Assembly: GCA_963770895.1 (NCBI GenBank)
Contig: CAVYRF010000002.1
Coordinates: 4,640,001 to 4,704,000, forward strand
DNA: 64,000 bases
Direction of reading: 5' to 3'
From: an uncultured Acidobacteriota bacterium
Lineage (GTDB): Bacteria; Acidobacteriota; Thermoanaerobaculia; Multivoradales; UBA5704
This document shows, piece after piece, positions 10,310 through 17,799 of the stretch. Position 1 is the stretch's first letter; the number at the start of each line of letters is the position of its first letter. Under the pieces are notes generated by a model. That model did no database searches. It saw nothing but the letters and a program-made list of their open reading frames with translations, and was not told where the DNA came from. Made by a program: the position numbers and the translations under genes.

Positions 10310-10894
10310 TTTGGCAAAACAGCGCCGCTCGGCCCCCCGGCCCGATCGCGGACGCGCCGCAGGCGCGCCGCGGTCGGGGCAACCCGCAAGGGAGCGGCCA
10401 GGAACACCCGCCCCTGATGAAGAGGTCGGCGGAGCCCGCAACATGCCAGAGCCCTACCTCCGGCTCCCGAAACGGTCGCCGAGATTGCCAGCGTCGGTCT
10501 CACCGGCCAGCGAGCACGGCGGAAGCTGACAACAGGACGCCTGCGATCCTTTTCGAGGCTGCACTACCGCCGCACCATGCCGCTATGGACTGGCAAGAAC
10601 TCCCCGCCCGCCCCCCAGGCCCGGATGCGGTCGCGCCGTCAGGCGCGCCGCGGCCGGGGCAACAGAACGCCCAGCGCGATCACCGGGAGGGACGGGATTG
10701 GTGCGCCCGCATCAGCTTGCTCCCAGGACATGTCCGCTACCGCGGTAACAAGGCTTCGGTGTGTGCCGGCTCGGGCCGGTCGCTTCCTGCGGGCGGTTGT
10801 TCCTGGCCGTGGCCCCGCGGGTTGCCCCGGCCGCGGCGCGCCTGCGGCGCGACCGCGATCGGGCCGGGGGGCCGAGGGGAGCTGTTTTGCCAAA
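10310..10894. repeat. Element bounded by 104-bp imperfect inverted repeats (10310-10413 / 10791-10894) with a degenerate internal copy (10591-10663); REP/MITE-like
   Basis: TTTGGCAAAACAGC...GGAACACCCGCCC and its reverse complement. Each arm contains the hairpin CCCGATCGCGG(N)CGCGCC-GCA-GGCGCGCCGCGGYCGGG. Confidence 0.85.
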
Positions 10895-10968
10895 CCGGAG
10901 CGTAGAAGTCCGGCGCCTCGGCAAAGCCAACTCTTCGGCGTCGAAAGCGGCCCAATGCGGTGAGGGTT

Positions 10969-12486
10969 TTACCTTGGGGTGGGGTGGGTGCTGGCCTCGA
11001 CTCGGACTACCGTGGGGCGGTCGAAGCGGAGCCAGCCGATCGGGCGGTGCGTGGCCGGGGGGAGTGTGGGCGGGTCCTGGGGGTTGGGGCTGCGGGGGAG
11101 CTGGGGCTGGGTGGGTGGCGGCGGTGGGGTGGGAGACCAGATGATGGTGGCTGCGCCGGGGCGGGGGGAGTGGACCTGGTAGCCGGCCAGACCGTCGGCG
11201 GCCAGGAGGGTGGCGCCGGACCAGCGGAGGTGGATGGGGGTGGGCCAGGGCTCGTCGGCTTCGCCGCGGTTGGCGATTTCGATTTGCGCCAGGTTTGGCG
11301 GGTCGCTGGGGGCGGCGGGGGCCTGGGTGATGCGGAGGTCGTGGCGCGGGGGGCGGCCGGCCATGACGGCGCGGAGGGTGGGCCAGGTCCAGTTGAGGCG
11401 GTCCTGGGGCGCGGGGAGGCGGTACCAGAGGATGCCGGTGAGCTGGCGGGGGCGGTCGCGGGTCCAGGCGCGGACCAGGGCGGCCATGGCGGCGGGATCG
11501 CTGCGGGCGGTGCGCAGGAGGGTGCCGGGGGGCCAGCGGACGGGGGGGCCTTCGGCCCATAGGCCGAGAAAGGGTCTGCCGGCGGCGGCGAAGGCGGCGG
11601 TGTAGCCGTAGGTGGGGAGCGCCACCCGGAAGGGGCGGTGGAAACCGGCGGCGGTGTCGACGGCGGCGCGGGCGGCGACGGGATCGCTGAGGACCAGGGG
11701 CGAGGAGGCGCTGGCCGGCCGGACCAGCGAGTGGACCTGGAGGACGTAGCCGTCGGCGGCCGCGGCCAGGTGGGCGAAGGCGGCTCGGCGGGCCAGCCAG
11801 TTGGGGAGCGCGGTGATCACGACTGGCACCGGCGCGACGGCCTGGCGGAGGCGGGCGACGAGCTGGGCGTAGTCGTCGAGGCGGGCCGACGCGCAGTCGA
11901 AATCGATCTGCAGCTCGCTGACGCGCCACCCCGCGGCGGTCGCCCGCGTCACCGCGTGGCGGGCCAGGGCGATCACCTGGTCGGCTGCCTGCGGCGCTTC
12001 TGCGAAGGGCTTGGGAAATGGGCCAATGCGCAGCGCGAGGCCCAGCGGGGGAGCAATGGCTTGGCGGCCGTGGCCGGGCAGCGGCACCACGGCGCCGGCG
12101 GCCGCCGTGCCGGGCTTGCTGGGTTGCTGCGGGGTGTCCGGGCGGGGTGCGGTAACGGGCGTCACGCGCTGGTCCGGGGCGAGGGCCGGAGTGACGGCGA
12201 GCTCGGCGATGCGGGGGGGCTGGTGGGCCAGGTCGGCTTCCGCTGCCAGGACGACGACGCCGGTCAAACCGGCCTGGCGGGCTTCGGCGATGACCTGGCT
12301 GGGCCAGTTTCGCTGCCAGACGTAGCCTTCTTGCGGCAGCGGTCCGGTGGCTCGGGTGCCGCGGCCGGCCCACCAGCCGGCGGCGGCGAGGGCCAGGGCT
12401 ACGGCGAGCCCGGCGAGGGCGGCGGCGGTGTGGGTGCGGGGCGCGTCGGCCCGCGGGTGCCGCTTCGGGGCGAGGTTCTGGCTCAC
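10969..12486 (-). CDS. DUF3142 domain protein (GH18-like TIM barrel), membrane-anchored or exported
   Basis: Distal part of the 10969..14133 ORF from GTG 12486. N-terminal hydrophobic helix, 'QEGYVWQR', 'ELQIDFDCASARL', 'YVLQVHS', 'FRVALPTYGY'. Confidence 0.8.
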   Translation of the reverse strand: MSQNLAPKRHPRADAPRTHTAAALAGLAVALALAAAGWWAGRGTRATGPLPQEGYVWQRNWPSQVIAEARQAGLTGVVVLAAEADLAHQPPRIAELAVTPALAPDQRVTPVTAPRPDTPQQPSKPGTAAAGAVVPLPGHGRQAIAPPLGLALRIGPFPKPFAEAPQAADQVIALARHAVTRATAAGWRVSELQIDFDCASARLDDYAQLVARLRQAVAPVPVVITALPNWLARRAAFAHLAAAADGYVLQVHSLVRPASASSPLVLSDPVAARAAVDTAAGFHRPFRVALPTYGYTAAFAAAGRPFLGLWAEGPPVRWPPGTLLRTARSDPAAMAALVRAWTRDRPRQLTGILWYRLPAPQDRLNWTWPTLRAVMAGRPPRHDLRITQAPAAPSDPPNLAQIEIANRGEADEPWPTPIHLRWSGATLLAADGLAGYQVHSPRPGAATIIWSPTPPPPPTQPQLPRSPNPQDPPTLPPATHRPIGWLRFDRPTVVRVEASTHPTPR

Positions 12487-12497
12487 GCGGGGCAAGA

Positions 12498-13964
12498 CTA
12501 CCTGTTGGTGAACTGCGGCAGCACTTCGCCCGCGGCGGCGTGCAGATCTTCGATGGCCTGCTGGAGGCGGTCGCGGTGGGTGCGGAACGACAGGACGCAG
12601 ATGCGCAGGGCGAAGCGGTCTGCGAGCAGGGTGCCGGTGAGGTGCACGCGCTGGCGGGCGTTGACGTTGGCGAGCCAGGCGCGGTTGAGGCCGTCGAGGG
12701 CGGGTCCCTGGATGCCGGGCGGCGCCAGGCGGAAGGCGAAGAGCGACAGCTGGGGCTCGGCGAGGATCTGGACGTGCGGCATGGCGCGCACCTGGCCGGC
12801 GGCCCATTGCGCCAGGTCGAGCTTCTCGTCGAGGGCCTGGCGGAAGGGGGCGGCGCCCAGGAGCTTGAGCGATAGCCAGACGGGGAGGCCGCGGAAGGGC
12901 CGCGACAGCTCGGGGGAGATCTCGCAGAAATCGATCAGGTCGGCGTCGTCCGACATCGGCGGCAGGTAGTCGGCGGCGACGGCGTGGGCGCGGCGCAGCG
13001 CCTGGCCGTCGCGGACCAGGAGCGCTCCGGTGCCGTAGGGCAGGAACAGGCTCTTGTGCGGATCGAGGACGATCGAGTCGGCGCGCTCGATGCCGGCGAG
13101 GGCGCGCCGCCCGCGCTCGGTGAGCAGGAAGAATCCGCCGTAGGCGGCGTCGACGTGCATCCAGAGGCGCTCGCGGGCGCAGTAGTCCGCCAGGCTGCCC
13201 AGCGGGTCGACGGCGCCGGTGTTGGTGGTGCCGGCGTTGGCGACGACCAGGAAGGGGAGGTGCCCGGCGCGGCGATCGGCGGCGACGCGATCGGCGAGCA
13301 GGTCGAGCCGCAGGCGAAACTCCGGGTCGCTGGGGATGGAGCGCACGCTGGCTGGCGGGAAGCCGGCCAGCAGGGCTGCCTTCTGCACCGAATGGTGGAC
13401 CTGGTCGGAGGCGTACAGGGTGCCGGCCAGGAAGTGCTCCGGCAGGCGCTCGCGGCGCGCCGTCACCAGGGCGGTGAAGTTGGCGAGCGAGCCGCCGCTG
13501 GTGAGCAGGCCGCGCGCCTCGGGCGGGTAGCCGGCGATGGCGGCGAACCAGCGGATGACGTTGGCTTCCAGCTGCGCCAGCGCGGGCGCCGCGGCCAGGA
13601 CGCCGACGTAGCGGTTGACGGTGGCGGCGATCAGCTCGCCCACCGCCGCGTGCGGCAGGCCGCCGCCGGGGATGTAGGCCAGGTAGCCGGGGCCCGCGGT
13701 GTTGAAGCTCTTTGGGATGGCCCGCTCGAACAGCAGGTCCAGCACCGCCGCGAGCGGCGCGGGTCGCTCGGGCAGCGGCTCGATCAGCGCGCGCGCCAGG
13801 TCCAGGGCGCCCGCCGTGTCGGCCGCCGGCTGCGCGGGCAGCGAATCGAGGTGCGGCGCGATCCTGTCCAGGGCCGCTTCGACCAGCTGCCGCAGCTGCC
13901 CGCCGGACAGCTCCAGTCTCGATCCCAGGTCCGATCCCAAGCCCGAGCCAAATCCCGCACCCAT
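12498..13964 (-). CDS. PLP-dependent group II amino acid decarboxylase (aromatic-L-amino-acid decarboxylase-like)
   Basis: 'TSGGSLAN', 'AGTTNTGAVDP', 'HVDAAYGG', 'DPHK' PLP lysine; GGAG RBS. Confidence 0.9.
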   Translation of the reverse strand: MGAGFGSGLGSDLGSRLELSGGQLRQLVEAALDRIAPHLDSLPAQPAADTAGALDLARALIEPLPERPAPLAAVLDLLFERAIPKSFNTAGPGYLAYIPGGGLPHAAVGELIAATVNRYVGVLAAAPALAQLEANVIRWFAAIAGYPPEARGLLTSGGSLANFTALVTARRERLPEHFLAGTLYASDQVHHSVQKAALLAGFPPASVRSIPSDPEFRLRLDLLADRVAADRRAGHLPFLVVANAGTTNTGAVDPLGSLADYCARERLWMHVDAAYGGFFLLTERGRRALAGIERADSIVLDPHKSLFLPYGTGALLVRDGQALRRAHAVAADYLPPMSDDADLIDFCEISPELSRPFRGLPVWLSLKLLGAAPFRQALDEKLDLAQWAAGQVRAMPHVQILAEPQLSLFAFRLAPPGIQGPALDGLNRAWLANVNARQRVHLTGTLLADRFALRICVLSFRTHRDRLQQAIEDLHAAAGEVLPQFTNR

Positions 13965-14153
13965 CTCTCCGTGTCCGATCTCCACGATCGCGCTCCCCCT
14001 CTTTTCCGGCGCCAAGCCTACACTCGGGGCCGGCTGCCGGGCCATCCTGGGGGAGCGCGGGGGGCGCCCTGGCACGTGTCTTGCCCTTAGAATGGGGGAT
14101 GGCGCGCCGCCGGTGGATCGGCGGGTGCGCCAAGCGGAAAGGGGTTTGTCATC

Positions 14154-14675
14154 ATGCAGAGCTCGACAGGCGGGTTCGACGACGGCGGCGCGCAGGTGCC
14201 GCCGGCCTACCATGGCGACCGTGACGATCATGGCGACCGCGGCGCCCCCGGCGAGCACCGGTGGCAGGGCGCGTCGCGGGCCGGCGGCAGTGTCCGCGGC
14301 GAGGGAGCGCGGCTGGCGCGCGAGACGCGGGCGGAGCTGCGCGGCCTGGTGCAGCGGCGCAAGGAGCGGCTGGCGGCGCGGCTGGACGGCGTGGCGGCGG
14401 CGCTGCGCGACACGGGGGAGCGCCTGGACGAAGAGATCGTCGACGGCCTGGGCGAGGTGGCGGAGCGCGGTGCACGCCGCGTCGCGCAGGCGGCGCGCTA
14501 CGTGAACGATCGCGAGATCGAGGACATGGCGCGCGACGCCGGCGACCTGGCGCGGCGGCGGCCGGCGCTGTTCGTGGCCGGCACCCTGCTGACGGGTTTC
14601 CTGCTGGCGCGCTTCTTCAAGAGCACCCGCGACCGCGACACATTGTTCGACCAGGAGGTGTCGTATGAGGCCTGA
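14154..14675 (+). CDS. Hypothetical helical protein with C-terminal membrane anchor (DUF3618/DUF883-like stress protein)
   Basis: 'ARRRPALFVAGTLLTGFLLARFFKS' tail; overlaps the next gene. Confidence 0.6.
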   Translation: MQSSTGGFDDGGAQVPPAYHGDRDDHGDRGAPGEHRWQGASRAGGSVRGEGARLARETRAELRGLVQRRKERLAARLDGVAAALRDTGERLDEEIVDGLGEVAERGARRVAQAARYVNDREIEDMARDAGDLARRRPALFVAGTLLTGFLLARFFKSTRDRDTLFDQEVSYEA

Positions 14676-15045
14676 CTACGAAACCATCGAGTCCGGCGCC
14701 ACGGCGTTGCAGCGCCTGGGGGAGCGGGCAGCCGCCGTCGCCGGCCGCGTGCTGCGCGCCGCCGGCGAGCGCCCGCGCGCGGTGGGCGGGGCCTGCCTGG
14801 CGGCCGGTTTCTTGATCGGCTTCGCCCTGCCGGCCACTCGCCGCGAAGACGAGCTGCTGGGCGCCTCCCGCGACGAGGTGCTGGAGCGGGCGCGGGCCGC
14901 GGGCCGCGAGGTGGCGGCGGCGGGCCGCTCGGCGGGGCGTCAGATCGTGCGCGAGGCGGCCGAGACGTTGCGCGCCGCCCAGGCCGACCTGGCGAGTTCG
15001 CTCGCCGCCGAGCCCGATCTGCCACCGCCGCCGCAGCTGATGTAG
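14665..15045 (+). CDS. Hypothetical protein (DUF3618-associated type)
   Basis: GGAGG RBS; 'GFALPATRREDELLG..RDE' motif. Confidence 0.6.
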   Translation: MRPDYETIESGATALQRLGERAAAVAGRVLRAAGERPRAVGGACLAAGFLIGFALPATRREDELLGASRDEVLERARAAGREVAAAGRSAGRQIVREAAETLRAAQADLASSLAAEPDLPPPPQLM

Positions 15046-15048
15046 CGC

Positions 15049-16110
15049 TCAGTCGTCGATCAGGCTTTCGAAGCGCGCCTTGTTGGTGGCCTTCATGTAG
15101 GCCTCGCGCGGGGTGACGCGCTTGGCGTCGACCAGCGCGCCCAGGGCGTCGTCCATCAGCTGCATGCCGGCGGCGCGGCCGCCTTGCATGATGGTCTGGA
15201 TCATCGGGGTGTTGCCCTCGCGGATGACGTTGGGCAGCCCCGCGGTCTTGAGCAGGATCTCATTGACGGCGCAGCGCCCGCGACCGTCGGCGGTGCGCAG
15301 CAGCAGCTGCGAGACCACGGCCGCCAGCGATTCGGCGAGCGTGGTGCGCACCTGGGCCTGCTCGTCCGCCGGGAAGGCGTCGATCAGGCGGTCGATGGTG
15401 TTGGCGGCGCCGTTGGTGTGCAGGGTGCCGAACACCACGGCGCCCATTTCGGCGGCGGTGATGGCGAGCGAAATGGTTTCCAGGTCGCGCATCTCGCCCA
15501 CCAGGATGACGTCGGCGTCCTGCCGGATGGCGGCTCGCAGCGCGGCGCTGAAGCTTTCGGTGTCGGCGCCGACCTCGCGCTGCGAGAAGCGGCACAGCTT
15601 GTCGCGGTGCACGAACTCGATGGGATCTTCGATCGTGACGATGTGCTTGCTGTAGGTGGAGTTGATGCGGTCGATGACCGCCGCCAGGGTGGTGGACTTG
15701 CCGGAGCCGGTGGGGCCGGTGACCAGGATGAGCCCCGAGCGCAGGTGCGCCAGCCCTTCGATGGCCTTGGGCAGGCCCAGCTCTTCGAGCGAGATGATGC
15801 TTTCGGGGATCATGCGGAACACGGCGCCGGCGCCGTTCTGCTGGTAGAAGTAGTTGCAGCGGAAGCGCGCGACGCCGGGGATGCCGTGGGCGAAGTCCAG
15901 GTCGTGGGTGTCTTCGAAGTCCCGCCACTGCGCTTCGGTGGTGATCTCGCTGAGCAGCGCCAGCAGCAGCGCCGGTTCGAGCACCGGCCACTGCGGCACG
16001 GCTTCCAGGGCGCCGTTGCGCCGGATGCGCGGCTCGCGTCCGGCGGCAAGGTGAAGGTCCGAGCCGCGGTGATCCTTCACATAGATCAGCAGGTCTTGCA
16101 GATTGGCCAT
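15049..16110 (-). CDS. pilT: Type IV pilus retraction ATPase PilT/PilU family
   Basis: 'SDLHL', Walker A GPTGSGKST, Asp box TIEDPIE, Walker B ILVGEMRD, His box TLHT. Confidence 0.9.
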   Translation of the reverse strand: MANLQDLLIYVKDHRGSDLHLAAGREPRIRRNGALEAVPQWPVLEPALLLALLSEITTEAQWRDFEDTHDLDFAHGIPGVARFRCNYFYQQNGAGAVFRMIPESIISLEELGLPKAIEGLAHLRSGLILVTGPTGSGKSTTLAAVIDRINSTYSKHIVTIEDPIEFVHRDKLCRFSQREVGADTESFSAALRAAIRQDADVILVGEMRDLETISLAITAAEMGAVVFGTLHTNGAANTIDRLIDAFPADEQAQVRTTLAESLAAVVSQLLLRTADGRGRCAVNEILLKTAGLPNVIREGNTPMIQTIMQGGRAAGMQLMDDALGALVDAKRVTPREAYMKATNKARFESLIDD

Positions 16111-16142
16111 GGTGGTTTGCTTCGCGGACGCTGGCGGCCTTG

Positions 16143-17645
16143 CTAGGGCGGCAGCTTGGACGGGTCCTCGGCCTGCAGCAACGCCTCCTCGCGCGAGACG
16201 ATGCGGCGCTTCACCAGGTCGGCGAGCGAGGCGTCGAGCTGGATCATGCCGTGCGACACGCCGGTCTGCAGGATGGAGCGGATCTGAAAGGTTTTGTTTT
16301 CGCGGATCAGGTTGCTGACCGCCTTGGTGATCATGAGGATTTCCAGCGCCGGCACGCGGCCGTTGCCGTCGAGACGCGGCAGCAGCCGTTGCGACACCAC
16401 GGCGCGCAGCGATTCCGAGATCATGGTGCGCATCTGCGCCTGCTGGTTGGGCGGGAAGACGCCGAGCATGCGGTTGATGGTGCGGATCGAATTGTTGGTG
16501 TGCAGCGTCGCCAGCACCAGGTGGCCGGTTTCGGCGGCGGTGACGGCCAGGCTGATGGTTTCCAGGTCGCGCAGCTCGCCGATGGCGATCACGTCGGGGT
16601 CCTCGCGCAGGGCGGCGCGCAGGGCGCGCGCGAACGACTGGGTATGCGGCCCGACCTGGCGCTGGTTGACGGCGCACATGCGCGATACGTGAATGGTTTC
16701 GATCGGGTCTTCGACCGTGATGATGTGGTCGCTGCGGGTGCGGTTGACGATGTCGATGAGCGCCGCCATGGTGGCGGACTTGCCGCACCCCGCCGGGCCG
16801 GTGATCAGCACCATGCCCTGGTGGTAGTCGGCCAGGCGGGCGAGCGACTCGGGCATGCCGAGCGCCTGCAGGGTCGGCGGCTCTTCCGGGATGGCGCGGA
16901 ACACCGCGTCCAGCCCGCGCTGCTGGCGGTAGGCGTTGGCGCGGAAGCGGGCGCGGCCGGGCATGTTGTAGGCCAGGTCCACCTGGCCGTGGCGGTTGAG
17001 GCGCGCGCGCTGGTCGTCGTTGAGGATCTCGTCGATCAGGCGCGCCGCGACGTCGGGCGCCAGCGGCTGCGGCCCCAGGTCGGAAATGCGGCCGTTGATG
17101 CGCACGCCGATCGGCGATCCGCAGTGGAAGTGCACGTCGCTCGCGCCGCGCGCGATCGCCTCGAGCAGCACGCCGTCGATCTGCCGGGCGCCGCCCGAGA
17201 ACACCGGCAGCGCGCCCGTTGCAGGCGTGGCGCGCGTGGCGGCAGGGGTGCCGAAGGCGGCGAGCGGCGGCAGGGTGGCGCCGCCCTCGGGGCTGATCGC
17301 GGGGCCGATCGCCCCCGGTGCGGCGGTGATCAGCGGGGTTGCCGAGGTCGCCGGCGTCGCGGGCGCGGCCGCGGGCGGCGGTGCGGCGGGCACTTCGACC
17401 AGCTGCGGCGTGGCGTGGGCCGCCGCCTGCTGGCGCCGCTTTTCGAGGTATTCGTGCTGCACGATCTGCAGCTGCTCGACCTGGCGCTGGGTCAGGTAGC
17501 CCATCTCCACCAGGATGTCGGGCAGCTGGCGGCGGCCGCCGGCCAGCGCGTGCAGGGCGTGCACCTGGTCGAGCTGGCTGGGCGTGATCAGCTTGTAGTG
17601 CAGGGCCAGACGGCCGAACAGCAGTTCGTCTTGCCCGGATGCCAT
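16143..17645 (-). CDS. pilT: PilT-family ATPase with N-terminal MshEN-like domain and Pro/Ala linker
   Basis: GPAGCGKS, TVEDPIE, 'REDPDVIAIGELRD', TLHT, 'AVSNLIRE'. ATG 17645 follows a GGAG. Confidence 0.88.
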   Translation of the reverse strand: MASGQDELLFGRLALHYKLITPSQLDQVHALHALAGGRRQLPDILVEMGYLTQRQVEQLQIVQHEYLEKRRQQAAAHATPQLVEVPAAPPPAAAPATPATSATPLITAAPGAIGPAISPEGGATLPPLAAFGTPAATRATPATGALPVFSGGARQIDGVLLEAIARGASDVHFHCGSPIGVRINGRISDLGPQPLAPDVAARLIDEILNDDQRARLNRHGQVDLAYNMPGRARFRANAYRQQRGLDAVFRAIPEEPPTLQALGMPESLARLADYHQGMVLITGPAGCGKSATMAALIDIVNRTRSDHIITVEDPIETIHVSRMCAVNQRQVGPHTQSFARALRAALREDPDVIAIGELRDLETISLAVTAAETGHLVLATLHTNNSIRTINRMLGVFPPNQQAQMRTMISESLRAVVSQRLLPRLDGNGRVPALEILMITKAVSNLIRENKTFQIRSILQTGVSHGMIQLDASLADLVKRRIVSREEALLQAEDPSKLPP

Positions 17646-17799
17646 GGCGCGAACTCTATCCCAGGAGCGCGCGGCGTGGGGCTCCCCGCGAGGCGGGCGC
17701 GGCCTGCTGTCCCGGAGCCGGCCGCGCCCGGCACAGTGGTAACGTAAGGTTCGATCTCGCGCTTTTTTCTCAATCTCAATCCAGGCAGACCGGGAGGCA

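Noticed and set aside
10969-14133. 1054-aa ORF as one gene (likewise 15049..16788, 55890..58871 and 60531..63938)
   Set aside because: The N-terminal extensions are off-frame shadows of the upstream genes in stop-poor high-GC DNA; true starts are internal.
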